This document shows positions 1-12,679 of a stretch of DNA of 64,000 nt, in pieces; positions within the stretch are counted from its first letter, which is position 1, and each line of letters begins with the position of its first letter. This DNA comes from Mobula hypostoma (taxonomy: Eukaryota). A program made the position numbers and the translations under genes. A model generated the notes under the pieces. The model was given only the letters and a program-made list of their open reading frames with translations, did no database searches and was not told the origin of the DNA. The stretch covers positions 10,976,001-11,040,000 of the forward strand of contig NC_086101.1 of the NCBI RefSeq assembly GCF_963921235.1, written 5' to 3'.

Positions 1-475
1 CCTTGTGGCTAAGGATGCTTTAAGTACCTCTGTTAGGACCCCTGCAATTTCTGCACTAACATCCCACATGGTCTGAAGGGGGACTTTGTCAAGCCCTGGG
101 TGTTTATTCACCCTAATTCAGCAACCATTTCCTCTTCTGTCAGCTCCATATGGTCCATGATCTCCCTGCTGTTATGCCTCACTTCTCGAGACTCTGTCCA
201 TCTCCTGAGTAAATACAGATGTAAAAAATCTATTTAAGATTTCCTTCCATCTCTTTAGGCTCCCTGCACAGATGCCACGCTGATCTTCAAGTGGGTCAGT
301 TTTGTCCCGTGCTATTCTTTTGTTCTTCACATATCTGTAGAAGTCCTTGGGATTCTTTTTCACCTTGTCTGCTGGAGCAACTTCATGGCTTATTTTAGCC
401 TCCTGATTTCCTCTCAAGTGTTTGCTTGCATTTCTGATACTCAAGTACCTCATTTGTTCCGTGCTGCCTGATCCT
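1..475 (-). mobile_element. CR1 LINE ORF2 fragment
   Basis: KVKKNPKDFYRYVKNKRIARDK...EILNRFFTSVFTQE, the CR1 EN-RT linker motif. Confidence 0.8.
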
Positions 476-947
476 TCTTCCTCTTCTGAACCAGAGCCTA
501 ATTTGCCCACAAAAAACAAGAATTCAGCCCCGAGATCCACTGATGGTAAATGATTGTCACTGCAGAATTCAGCCAAATCCATGTTAAAGTTTGGACCTGC
601 TGATGGAAACTTGCTGACAGGATTTGGGAGGAAATAGTCGCTCACTTATTTACACAACTTCCTGAAAATATGGATGCTGAAGGTTGGAGATCCTGCTGTA
701 GATCACTGGCAAAGGAGGCTTTGCTGTCTGATGAGCCAGGACCCCTGGGCTTAACCAAGTCCACTATCATCTTGTCTGGGAGTGGGCGGGTGATGCAGTA
801 ATTCCCTCCCAGTGCAGGGAAAGTTTACCAATCCCACCAGCAATGGGAGAAATTCTCAAAGAGAATGAGCTGTAGAATTGGCTCGAGCTATTGTTGCCGC
901 ACGGAGATTGGATCCTGTCGGATTCAAACAGAATGTTGGTGGAGGGT

Positions 948-1069
948 TCACTGAGCCAAGTACACGAACTCCTGAACCAACTCATATCCCTCGCTTTCTT
1001 CAACAGGAAATGTCTGACCTTTGCCCTTCTCCTGGTGGGATGAGTTGTGTCCCACCATCTTACCTTGAT
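948..1069 (-). CDS. Candidate terminal coding exon (Tyr-containing cytoplasmic tail)
   Basis: An AG after a long pyrimidine tract gives in-frame DQGKMVGHNSSHQEKGKGQTFPVEESEGYELVQEFVYLAQ*. Competing acceptors exist and there is no transcript evidence. Confidence 0.3.
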
Positions 1070-1079
1070 CTTCATTCAG

Positions 1080-1285
1080 GTGGAGAGGGGGGAGGATGGG
1101 GAAGGAGGGAGGGGGATGTGGAAGAGTGAGGGGGTGTGGGGAGAGGGGGGGGAGAGGGGAGGAGAAGAGAGGGGTGGGAGAGGGAGGGGGCTGGGAGCGA
1201 GTGGGCTGAGAGAGAGGAGGGGAGAGAGAGGGGGGCATGAGTGGTAGAGGGCAGAGAGGGAGAGGGGAGAGAGAGGAGTGGGGAC
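1080..1285. repeat. G/A-rich low-complexity tract
   Basis: Almost entirely purines on the + strand, with many G runs. Confidence 0.9.
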
Positions 1286-1291
1286 ACATAC

Positions 1292-1318
1292 CTGACTGCA
1301 CAGGGGGTTTCCATTGTC
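1292..1318 (-). CDS. 27-bp cytoplasmic micro-exon of the butyrophilin-like gene
   Basis: cctttatttttttag|GACAATGG...CAGTCAG|gtatgt; phase 1-1; encodes GQWKPPVQS. Confidence 0.7.
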
Positions 1319-1940
1319 CTAAAAAAATAAAGGCAAACCACGATGGAAACATATGAATAAAAGTAACGTTATAAATAAAAAACTAAGACTTACTTCAATG
1401 ACACACAAGAACACTGGCGATATATTAAACACATTTCATGTGTCTGTGTCATTAGAGCAGTCAGTGGTCATGCTGACTCCAACATCTGTGACTGAGTTGC
1501 TCTTTGTGTCATTGGTGTTTTGTCCAGTGATAAACCAGTGACACTGATCGGACCTTTCGGGACTGTCGGGCTGCAGAACACGGGTGCAGACACAGGGTGA
1601 GTGTAGGCTGGGATCAGCAACATCTGACCCTGTAATATTATCAACCTGCGTCAGAGTGGTGATTGATGTTCAGTGCAGAAATACAAACGCAGTTCTAGGA
1701 AGCTGCCACCATGTTCTCGAGGTTGGTGTGAAGCACCCAAAGCACAAGGGCTTGGAAAATTCCACCCAGTGCATTCCATTCACATGGCAAGGATTAGTTC
1801 ACACAACAAACAACGGGTGGAGGAAATCATTGAGCAGCATCTTGCGGGGTGGGGGAGAATGTTGGGGGAGTGAAGTGAAATGTCGACATATTTGGTCAAA
1901 ATCCTGCAACAATCTTTATGCAGGGTTTCAACCCAAAACA

Positions 1941-2116
1941 ACACACATCAAAGTTGCTGGTGAATGCAGCAGGCCAGGCCATCCTGACAAAGGGTCTCAG
2001 CCCGAAACGTCGACTGTACCTCTTCCTAGAGATGCTGCCTGGCCTGCTGCGTTCACCAGCAACTTTGATGTGTGTTGCTTGAATTTCCAGCATCTGCAGA
2101 TTTCCTCGTGTTTGCA
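1941..2116 (+). mobile_element. Miniature Penelope-derived insertion with inverted arms and a hammerhead-like core
   Basis: 15-bp TSD tttcaacccaaaaca (1926-1940, 2117-2131). ~40-bp inverted arms. Sequence matches the 3' UTR of the PLEs at 36 kb and 62.6 kb. Confidence 0.85.
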
Positions 2117-2473
2117 TTTCAACCCAAAACATCCAGTCTTGATGTATTTTTTGCCCTAAATGTGAAAAATACATTCCCTCACCAACCATTATGCTAATGG
2201 TTTTAGCCCCGACAGATTCTGCTTAAGCTACTGTTCCCAGAGAAGATTGCTTGCTCCTATTCTTAGGTCTCTTGTATTTCATCCAGATTATTTCAAGGAT
2301 CCTTGGTTGTAAAATACAGGGAATTAGTTTATTATTCTTAATTTATGAATCTCTAAACAAAGTAATGTCATGAGGGAGTTAAATGATTAATGCTAACAGA
2401 AGAAAAGGTTGATTTTATTAAATAAAACTTTTTCCTTACAGTTTATAAAAATATTTCAATATTGAAATCTTAC

Positions 2474-2506
2474 CAGATTCTATGATATATTTCTGAAGTT
2501 CCAGCT
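2474..2506 (-). CDS. 33-bp cytoplasmic (heptad-like) micro-exon of the butyrophilin-like gene
   Basis: gtctgtcttttcag|AGCTGG...GAATCTG|gtaaga; phase 1-1; encodes ELELQKYIIES. Short phase-1 juxtamembrane exons are typical of BTN genes. Confidence 0.75.
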
Positions 2507-2829
2507 CTGAAAAGACAGACCAGTGGTATATTAGAACAACAAGTTTTCAGGACAATGATTTCACTTCAGCTGCTGGAGATCTGAAAGAATGGGGACACTC
2601 AGAGGGTCAGGCAAACTCATGGTTGACGGTCTCCCATCAGAGACAAAAAAAATGTTGAAGTGGTGAGGAAATACACCGTGGGTCAATGTTAGGGTCAAGG
2701 TTTACATGACAACACATAAACCATTACCAACAGTTGCTGTCAGAAAACATGAACATGGTGACCATGGTTTGAAGTGGTTAAACTCAGTGTTGAATTTGAA
2801 ATGCTGTGAGCTACCAGCTGTATATGGTG

Positions 2830-3515
2830 CTCACAGTGTGATCTCTTCTACATTCGTGAGACCGGATGTAGATTGGGGGATCGTCTGGTCAGCCCCATCA
2901 AGCAGGATTTCCCAGTGGCCAGCCATTTTAATGCCAATCCCCTTTCCCATTCCAACATACTGGTCCGTGGCCTCCTCTCCAGGCACAATGAGGCCACTCT
3001 CATGTTGGAGGAGCAACACCTGATATCCCGTCTGGGTAGCTTCCTACCTGATGGCATCAATATCAATTTCTCCTCCCTCGCCCTCTCTTTTTCCATTCCC
3101 CATTCTGACTCCCCAATTACCCCTTCTCTTCTCATAATCTGCCTATCAGCTCCCTCTGATGCCCTCCCTCTTCTCTCTTTTTCCATTCCCCATTCTGACT
3201 CCTCTCTTACTGCTTCTCCTACCCTGCCTATCAGCTCCCTCCTCCTTCCCGATCTCCCATGATCCACTCTCCTCTCCTACAAGATTCCTTCTCTTCAGCC
3301 CTTTACCTTTTCCACCTATCATCTCCCATCTTCATACTTCAATTCCCTCCCTCATCCACCAATCTTTTCCCTCACCTGCCAGCCTCTGAATTGTACTCCT
3401 TCCCCTCCACCCATGTTTTTGCAGGCTTCCTCACCCTTCCTTTCCAATCAAGGGTCTTGCTCTGAGATGTTGACTTTCCACAGATGCTGAGTTCCTCCAG
3501 CATTTTTGTGCTTTC
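2830..3515 (+). mobile_element. Old Penelope-like element, 3' fragment
   Basis: DFPVASHFN...EATLMLEEQHLISRLGSFLPDGININFS (GIY-YIG C-terminus), then a pyrimidine-rich UTR and degenerate terminal motif. Confidence 0.8.
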
Positions 3516-4014
3516 CTACTTAAAAGATGAAGTTTTGTTCTTCATCCTCTGTTAAGCCTTTGAGAACATTGTAGGACACCGTGAGTGGAGAGCTTAGAGT
3601 GGGATAGGTTACACAATCAAAATACGTAGTTTTCAAATTTGGTTTGAGCTATGAAACAAAGTTATCGTACAAAGTGTACCCGGTTTCACCACTGCAGAGG
3701 AGCCTAAATATGGGGAACCAAGTTACAGGAAGTACAAGTGAATCAGTGACCAGTTGAACCTCCTGGCACTTCATCATGCAGACACAGGAGATGCAACATC
3801 GGGCAGATTTCTTCCTTACTTCCCATCTCTATGGCTGCAAATATTCTTTCCAGAGACAACGTTCACTGCTGGAATGTCAGAGCCTGCTGGGAAATGTGGA
3901 TTTTACATGATTTCTCCAGCAAATGCTCTGGCTTTCATGGAAATTTCAGAGGGAAACTGGGAGATTTTCCACTGGATTTCCAGGCCAGTACTTCACAATA
4001 TTGCAGAAACATAC

Positions 4015-4134
4015 CTTTTATGCGTCTGTTTTGTTTCACATTCCAATAAATCACAGTGGAGTTTGCAGCAATTACAACACAAATGGTGACGACCAGTGGC
4101 AGGACCCATTCAGGAACAGCAGGGAAGAGATCAT
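4015..4134 (-). CDS. Transmembrane exon of the same butyrophilin-like gene (absent from the ORF track)
   Basis: 120-bp phase 1-1 exon, acceptor ctttattctacag|ATGATC, donor ATAAAAG|gtatgt. Encodes DDLFPAVPEWVLPLVVTICVVIAANSTVIYWNVKQNRRIK: a hydrophobic helix followed by basic stop-transfer residues, in frame with the IgC exon. Confidence 0.85.
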
Positions 4135-4260
4135 CTGTAGAATAAAGATCAGTGAATGAGACAATGAAAAAATCTACAATGCACCCCAGCAGAATTAGTT
4201 CAGTAAAACTCCATTAGGGTGCAAAGTCCACAACTGCCCAAGCAGCCTCCTCCTGTAACA

Positions 4261-4704
4261 TAGAACATTGAATAGTACAGCACAGTACAGGCCCTTCGGC
4301 CCACAATGTTGTGCCGACCCTCAAACCCTGCCTCCCATATAAGCCCCCACCTTAAATTCCTCCATACACCCGTCTCGTAGTCTCTTAATCTTCACTAGTG
4401 TATCTACTTCCACCACTGACTCTGGCAGTGCATTCCATGCACCAACCACTCTCTGATTAAAAAACCTTCCTCTAATATCCCCCTTGAACTTCCCACCCCT
4501 TACCTTAAAGCCATGTCCTCTTGTATTGAGCAGTGGTGCCCTGGGGAAGAGGTGCTGGCTATCCACTCTATCTATTCCTCTTATTATCTTGTACACCTCT
4601 ATCATGTCTCCTCTCATCCTCCTTCTCTCCAAAGAGTAAAGCCCTAGCTCCCTTAATCTCTGATCATAATGCATACTTTCTAAACCAGGCAGCGTCCTGG
4701 TAAA
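4261..4704 (-). mobile_element. CR1 LINE 3' end
   Basis: LRELGLYSLERRRMRGDMIEVYK...; tail-like tagaacattgaatag; close match to 44487-44930. Confidence 0.9.
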
Positions 4705-5719
4705 CGTAACATCAATAGGTGTTTACTGGAAGAACCAGAAATGGCTGCAATGGAACATTATAATGGAGGCTCTGAGACTTCATCACTGTCACTGATGTTT
4801 AATTGTAGAGATATACAGCACAGAAACAGGTCCATCAGCCCAACTGGTCCATAATGACCAACATGCCCCATCCAAACTAGTCCCATTTGCCAGTGTTTAG
4901 CCCAGATCCTTCTCAACCTTCCTTGTCCATGTGCCTGACAAATTGTCTCTTCAGAGTTTCAGTGTTGTTTATTGTCATATGCACAAGTCCATGAAAGCAA
5001 CAGGCCAGAAGAGAAACATACTTGGAGCACCATCACAGGCTATACAGTGTCACAGAGGTAGCATTCACAAGGAAAACATAAATTATACGTAATTTTTACA
5101 AGAAAGAACACAATCAGCTTGAAAAGGAAACAATCTCTGTTGTAGTGCAGAGTGATCAAGGTTGTCATCGTGTTGTTGTACTGAGATAGTGATTAGAGTT
5201 TTGTGAGTTAGTTGATGAACTGAACAGTTGAAGGAAAGTAGCTTTTCCTGAACCTGGTTGTGTGGGGGCTTCAGGCTTCTGTAGCTTCTGCCTAATGGTC
5301 ACTGCAAGGAGAGGGCATGGCTGAATGGTGAAAATCTTTGATGATGGATGTTGCCTTCTTCAGGCAGAGCCTCCTGTAGATACTACCAATGGTGGGGAGG
5401 GATTTGCCCCTGATGTATTGGGCTGAGTCCACTTTTCCCTGCAGCTTCTTACATTCCCAGGCATTTGACTGTCACACCAGATCGTGATGCAATGAGCCAG
5501 GATATTGATTATTATAATTGTACTCGCCTCAAACACTTCCTCTGGCAGCTCATTCCAGACAACAACTTCAGTAGAAAAATGGTTGTCATTAAATCTTTTC
5601 ACCCTTACCTTAAAAGTATGCTCTCTACAACAGAACAGTAAGTGGAGAGGTTGCAGAGACAGATGCTGATAAGACCTCAGACAAAGTTCGGAATCTAAAG
5701 GCTGAGCATGGAGCAACTA

Positions 5720-7860
5720 GTGTTCTGAGCTGCACATGTTTCAATGCAAGAAGCATCGCAGAAAGGTGGATAATAGTGCTGAAGATGAGGTGGCTGGTTT
5801 ACAAACAGAGGCAATGTGAAGTGAGCAGAGGCTGTTGATAGGGCAAAATTGCAGTCAACAAGGGAGATGCAATGTAAATGGTGGGCAAAATCAAAAAGGG
5901 TGAACACAGGACTGACGGTGTTGTATTTGAATGTGTGCAGTATTCAGAATAAGGTAGATGAACTTGTAGCACAGTTACAGATTGGCAGGTATGATGTTGT
6001 AGGCATCATTGAATTATAGGTGGGATCATTAACATTAAGGCATCCAGTAGTCTTGCGAGACCATGGGTCTGCGCCTGGAAAGTCTTCACTGTATGAAAGA
6101 CCAGCAGTTGCCCATGCTGCAAATCTCCCCCCTCCATGACACCGATGTTGTCCAAGGGAAGGGCATTAGGACCCATACAGCTTGGCACCAGTGTTGTCGC
6201 AGAGCACTGTGTGATTAAGTGCCTTGCTCAAGGACACCACACGTTCCTTCGGCTGGGGCTCGAACTCACGACCTTCAGATCGCTAGTTGAATGCCTTAAC
6301 CACTTGTCCACGTGCCCACACAATCTTTTCCCAGTTAAGGTGAGGGAGAAAAGATCCCAGTTGGGATCATAATGTCCGAGGATACATATTGTATCAAAAG
6401 GACAGGCAGGAAAGCAGAGGAAGCAGTAAAAAGTGATATCATTAGAAAGAGGTGACATAGGGCCAGAAGGTGTTGAATCATTCTGGATAGAGCTAAGGAA
6501 CTGCAAGGATAAAAAGACCCTGATGGGAGTTGCATACAGACCCCCAAGTAGTAGTAAGGATGTGGCCTACTAATTATAATGGGAGATAGAAAATGCATGC
6601 CACAAGGACAATATTACAATAGCCATGGGGGATTTCAATATGCAGGTAGATTGGGAAAATCAGGCTGGTGCAGGGGGAATTTCCAGAATGCCGACAAGAT
6701 GGCTTTTCAGAGCAGCTCGTCGAGCCCAATAGAGGATCAGCTATTCTGGATTGGGTGTTGTGCAATGAACCAGAATTGATTAAAGAGCTTCAGGTAAAAG
6801 GACCGTCAGGGGAGTGCGATCATAATATGTTAAGATTCACCCTGAAATTTGAGAAGGAGAAGCTCAAGTCAGATGTATCAGTACTGCAGTGGAGTAAAGG
6901 GAATTACAGAGGCAGAGAGAGGAGGTGGCCAGAATTGATTGGAAAAGAACACTGGCAGGGATGACAGCAGAGCAGCAATGCCTGGAATTTCTGGAAGCAA
7001 TCCAGAAGGCATAGGATATATGCGATCCCAAAGAGGAGAAATTTTCTAAAGGAACGATGACACAACCATGGCTAACGAGAAGTCAAGGCCAACATAAAAG
7101 CCAAAGAGAGGGCGTATAATAGAGCAAAAAATAGTAGGAAGTTGTAGAATTGAAAACCTTTAAAAACCAACTAAAAAGTAATTAAGGTAAAGATGGGATA
7201 TGAAAGTAATATTATTAGCCGATAATATTAAAGAGGATACCAAAAGTTTCTTCAGATATGTAGAGTGTAAAACAGAGGTGAAAGTGGATATTAAACCACT
7301 CGAGAATGATGCTGGAGAGGTAGTAATGGAGGACGACAAAATGGCAGATGAGCTGAAGTTGCATCAGTCTTCATTGTGCAAGACACTACCAGTATGGTAG
7401 AAGTTCTAGGTGTCAGGGATCATGAAGTGTGTGAAGCCCCATAACAGGAGAGAATGTTCCTGGGACTGAAGGTAGATAAGTCACTGGACCAGACAGTGTA
7501 CACCCGGAGTGCTGAAAGAGTTGGCTGAAGAGATCATGGAGGTATTAATAATGATATTTCAAGAATCACTAGATTCTACAATGGGTGCAGAAGACCGGAA
7601 AATTGTACATGTTACTCCACTCTTCAAGAAAGGAAATTATAGGCCAGTTAGTCTGACCTCAGTGGTTGGGAAGATGTTGGAGTCGATTTTTAAGGATGAG
7701 GTCTCAGGGTACTTGGAAGCATATGATAAAATAGTCTGTAGTCAGCATGGTTTTCTCAAGGGAAAATCTTGCCTGCAAATCTGTTGGAATTCTTTAAAGA
7801 AATATCAAGCAGGATAAATAAAGGAGAATTAGTTGATGTTGTGTACTTGGATTTTCAAAG
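5720..7860 (+). mobile_element. Degenerate CR1 LINE (EN to start of RT), interrupted by a SINE
   Basis: AILDWVLCNEP, NYRPVSLTSVVGK and QHGFLKGKSC fragments with stops and frameshifts. Confidence 0.85.
6035..6321 (-). mobile_element. tRNA-derived SINE
   Basis: Minus strand begins with box A (tggacaagtgg) and box B (gagttcgagccc), followed by gtgtccttgagcaaggcacttaa, similar to conserved SINE central domains. Confidence 0.8.
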
Positions 7861-7869
7861 TAAATAAGT

Positions 7870-8779
7870 AAGAATATCGGTCTGGTCCGCGGGTTGAGAT
7901 TCTAAATTGGAGAAAGGCCAATTTTCATGTCATCAGAAATGATCTGGCAAATGTGGATTGGGACTGGCTATTTTCTGGCAAAAGTGTACTTTGAAAGTGG
8001 AGGCTTTCAAAGCCAAATTTTAACAGTGCAAAGCCTGTACTTGTGTCAGAATAAAAGGTAAAGATAATAGGTGTCGCGAACCTTCGATTTCAAAAGATAC
8101 TGAGGCTCGGGTTAAGAGAGAAAAGGAGTTGTACAGCAGGGATAAGCAGGTAGGAACATATGAGATGCTGATGGATTACACAAAAAACAAGAGAACACTT
8201 AAGAAAGAAATCAGGAAGGTTAAAAGAAGGCATGACATTGCTCCAGCAGACAACATGAAGGAGAATCTTTAGAGATTCTACAGATATGTTGTGTAAGAGG
8301 ACCGCTAGGGACAAAATTGGTCTGCTGGAAGATCAGAATGGTAGGTTAACCATGTGTGGAATCAAAACAGATGGGAGGGATCTTAAATTACTTCTTTGAA
8401 TCTCTATTTACTCAGGAGACAGATGCAGAGTCTTTATAAATAAGGCAATACAGCATCAACTTCATGGATCCTGTACAGATTACAGAGGAGGAGGTATTTG
8501 CTGCCCTGATGCAAATCAGGGTGGTTAGATCCCCAGGGTCCGGCAAGGTGTTCCCTCAGACCCTACGGGAGGTGTGCAGAAATTGCTGGGGCCCCAGCAG
8601 AGGTATTTAAAATGTCCTTCGCAACAGAAGCGGTACCAGAGGATTGTAGTATAGACAACATTGTTACGTTGTTTAAAACAGGCTCTGAACATAAACCAGG
8701 GAAATTATAGGCTGGTGAGTCTGACATTAGTTGTGGGACAGTTATTGGAAGGTATTGAAAGGAATCAGATATATAAGTA
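7870..8779 (+). mobile_element. Degenerate CR1 fragment (duplicate copy A)
   Basis: CR1 linker and early RT (GNYRLVSLT); paralogous to 15814-16698. Confidence 0.8.
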
Positions 8780-9150
8780 CAGTGCCTCTAAAAAGTATTC
8801 ACTACCCGCCCCCGCCCCTTGGAAGTTTTCAGATTGTACTGTTTTACAGCATTGAATCACAGGTGACCTAATTCCGCAATTTTTGAAACTGATTAACAGA
8901 AAAAGACTCTTTTGTGTCAGTGTGAAAATGATCTAAGTTTATTACAACTATAAAACAGAGAATAACTGATTGCATAAGTATTCATCCCCATTCATATGAC
9001 ATACCAAATCATCACTGGTGCAGCAAAATGGTTTTTAGAAGTCACATAATTAGTTAAACAGAGATCTGTTTTTGGAGACCTGTGTACAGTCAAGGTGTTT
9101 CAAATGACTGCAGTAAAAATACACCTGTATCTGGAAGGACAAACTATTGG
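8780..9150 (+). mobile_element. Tc1-like transposon left arm, truncated
   Basis: ta|cagtgcctctaaaaagtattca TIR start; aligns to 16699-17070. Confidence 0.8.
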
Positions 9151-9164
9151 TGGAATCTGTATCC

Positions 9165-11180
9165 CGGCAAACTCAACATTCGGTAGGTTTCAATGAGATC
9201 CCCATGCATTCTTCTAAATTCCAGTGAGTACACACCCAAAGCTGCCAAACACTCCTCATATGTTAACCACGTCATTCCTGGACACATCCTCTTCTCGGCT
9301 CTTTCCAATGACATCACATTCTTTCTGCGATATAGGGACCAAAACTGTGGCCCGACCAGTGTCTTATAAAGGCTAGGTATTATCTCCTTGCTTTGATATT
9401 CTATTCCTCTTGAAATAAATACCAACATTGCATTTGCCTTCTTTACCACAGGTTCAATCTGTAAATGACCTTCTGGGAGCCTTGCAGGAGAACTCCCAAG
9501 GCCCTCTGCACTTCTGATGTTTAACATTCTCCCCATTTAGATAATAGTCCACACTACTGTTCCTTTTACCAAAATGCACTATCATACACCTCACAATACT
9601 GTATTCCATCTGCCATTTTTTGCCCATTCTTCCAATTTGTTTAAGTCCTGCTGCAACCGCATAACTTCCTCAGTGCTACCTACCCCTCCGCCCCTTTGTA
9701 TCATCCACAAACTTTGCCATAAAACCATCAATTCCATTATCTAAATCACTGACAAACAATGAAAAGCAGCGGTCCCAATACTGACCCCTGAGAAACACTA
9801 TTTGTCACCGGCAGTCAACCAGAAAAGGCCCCCTTTATTCCCACTCGCTGCTTCCTGCCTGTCAGCCATTCCTCTATCCATGCCAGTATCTTTCCTGTAA
9901 CACTATAGGATTTTATCTTGTTAAGCAGCCTCATGTGTGGCACCTCATCAAATTCCTTCTGAAAATCCAAGTAAATGACATCCACTGTCTCTCCTTTGTC
10001 CACCCTGCTTCTTCCTCAAAGAACTCTAACAGATTTGTCAGGCAAGATTTCTCTTCACAGGAACCATGCTGACTTCGACTTATTATATCATAAGTCTCCA
10101 AGTACCTTGAAACCGCATCCTTAACAACAGACTCCAACACTTTCACAACCACTGAGGTTAGGCTAACTGTCCTATAATTTCCTTTCTTTTGCTTTCCTCC
10201 CTTCTTAAAGAGTGAAGTCATTTGAAATTTTCTAGTCCTCCGGGACCAAGTCAGAATCAAGTGATCCTTGAAAGGTCATGACCAACACATCCGATATCTC
10301 TTCAGCAACCTCTCTCAGGAATCTGTCTTAGCACCTTTGAGCCTGCCCGGCACGTTTTCCTTTGTAAATGCAATGGCATTCACTCCTGCTCCCTGACACT
10401 CACGCATGTCTGGCAAAATGCTGGTGTCTTCCACAGTGAAGACAGATGCAAAGCACCCATTAAGTTCATCTGCCATTTTTTTTGTCCCCCATTACTACCT
10501 CACCAGCTTCCTTTTTCGGTGGTCCAATATCAACGCTCACCTCCCTTTTACTCTTTATATAACTGAAAAAAATATCCTTTTGTATTCTGCTTTATATTAC
10601 TGGCTAGTCTGCTTTCATTTTTCATCTTTTCCTTTCAGCTTTTTTAGTTGCCTTTTTGTTGAATTTTAAATCATCCAACTTCCCACTCACTTTTGCTACC
10701 ACTTATTCACTTTCTTTGGCATATCTGCAGTCCTTAACTTCCTTTGTCATCCACAGTTGCTTACCCCTGCCATTTGAGAACTTTTTCCTCTGTGGGACAT
10801 ATCTATCCTGCACCTTGTGAACTATTCCCAGAAACTTCAGCCATCTCTGCTCCGCTGTCATCCCCTAAAGTCTTCCACATAAATCCCCATAAGATGACAT
10901 CCCAGGGTCATCCCTGCCAATATCTTCCTCCAATCCACCTGGGCAAGCTCCTTCCTCATCCACCTGCAATTCCCTCTATTCCATCGCAATACAGATACAT
11001 GTGAGTTATGCTTCTCCCTCTGAAATTGCATTATGAATTCAATCCTATTGTCATCACTGCCTCCTAAGGGTTCATTTATGTTAATATCTGAAATAAGATC
11101 TGGGTTATTACATAATATCCAATCTCAGATAAACTTTCCCCCAGTAGGCTCAAGCACAAGCTGCTTTACAAAGCCATCTA
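9165..11180 (-). mobile_element. Degenerate CR1 LINE
   Basis: VDVIYLDFQKEFDEVPH, NYRTVSLTSVV and KKANAML fragments. Confidence 0.85.
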
Positions 11181-11182
11181 AG

Positions 11183-12006
11183 AAACATAGAAAACCTACA
11201 GCACAATACAGGCCCTTTGGCCCACAAAACTGTGCCGATCATGTCCCTATCTTAGAGCTACCTATTTTTCTAAGCGCCATGTAGCCATCTACGAGTCTCT
11301 TAAAAGACCGGATCTTTTCCGCCATCGGCAGTCCATTCCATGCACTCACCACTCTCTGCATTAAAAACCTACCCCTGACATTTCCTCTGTACCTGCTTCC
11401 AAGCAGCTTAAAACTATGCCCTCTGGTGCTTGCCATTTCAGCCCTGGGGAAAAGCTTCTGACTATCCACACGATCAATGCCTCTCGTTATCTTGTACACC
11501 TCTATCAACTCACCTCTCATTCTCTGTTGCTTCAGGGAGAAAAGGCTGAGTTCACTGAACCTATTCTCATCAGGAATGCTCTCCAATCCAGGCAATATCC
11601 TTGTAAATCTCCCCCGCATCCTTCCTATAGTTCCCACATCCTTCCTATAGTGTGGCAACCAGAATTGAGCACAGTACTCCAAGTGGGGTCTGACCAGGGT
11701 CCTATATAGCTGCAACATTACCTCTCAGCTCTTAAACTCAATCCCATGATTGATGCAGGCCAATGCACCGTATGCCTTCTTAACCACACAATCAACCTGC
11801 ATAGCAGGTTTGTGTGTCCTATGGACTCGGAACCCAAGATCCCTCTGATCCTCCACACTGCCAAGAGTCTTACCATTAATACTATATTCTGCCATTATAT
11901 TTGACCTACCAAAATGAACCACCTCACACTTATATGGGCTGAACTCCATCTGCCACTTCTCAGCCCAGTTTTGCATCCTATCGATGTCCCATTGTAACCT
12001 CTGACA
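11183..12006 (-). mobile_element. CR1 LINE 3' fragment
   Basis: WAEKWQMEF and LYRTLVRPHLEYCAQFW; (tttctatg)-type tail. Confidence 0.9.
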
Positions 12007-12138
12007 ACCCAGTTGCCTTGATTTACTACCGCTTGATATTCCTCATTGAAACCAATCAAATGGGAAAAAGCTTGATAGAGTGATGTGGAGAGGATTATTC
12101 CTATGGTGGGAGAGCCTAATACCAGCCTCAGAATAGAA

Positions 12139-12289
12139 CGCAACCACGAGGAAATCTGCAAATGCTGGAAATTCAAGCAACACACACAAAATGCTGGTGG
12201 AACACAGCAGGCCAGACAGCATCAATAGGAAGCAGTACAGTGGACGTTTCAGGCCGAGACCCTTCCCTCGAAGCACTTTGTGTGTGTTG
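12139..12289 (-). mobile_element. Miniature Penelope-derived insertion inside a CR1 3' end
   Basis: 12-bp TSD ctcagaatagaa (12127-12138, 12290-12301); PLE 3' terminus plus a short inverted arm agcactttgtgtgtgttg. Confidence 0.85.
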
Positions 12290-12679
12290 CTCAGAATAGA
12301 AGGGGGTCCTTTTAGAATGGAGCTGAGGAGTAATTTCTTTAGCCAGAGAGTGGTGAATCCGTGGAATTCTTTGCCACAGACAGCTGCAGGGGCCAAGTCT
12401 TTCTGTATATTTAAGGCAGAAATCGATAAATTTTTGAGTGGTCAGGGCATGAAGGATACGGGGAGGAGGCAGGAGATCAGGGCTGACAGGAAGATTGGAT
12501 CAGCCATGATGAAATGGTGGAGCAGACTCAATGGGCCAAATGGCCTCATTTTGCTCCTATATCTTATGATCTTATGGTCTCTTGATACCTTAACCGAGGG
12601 GGAAAACTGTGTGAATTCTTCCTCTCTATGCCCATCAATATTTTATACATCTCTATAAGATCACTAGTTCCTTCAGTTT

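Noticed and set aside
172..645. 157-aa ORF as the B30.2 terminal exon
   Set aside because: No PRY/SPRY motifs; the C-terminal two thirds is CR1 sequence.
4261..4704. Segmental duplication with 44487-44930
   Set aside because: Similarity is confined to the CR1 3' end and the flanks differ; same subfamily, independent insertions.
6250..6321. tRNA gene
   Set aside because: The A/B boxes run directly into a SINE body, so this is a SINE head.
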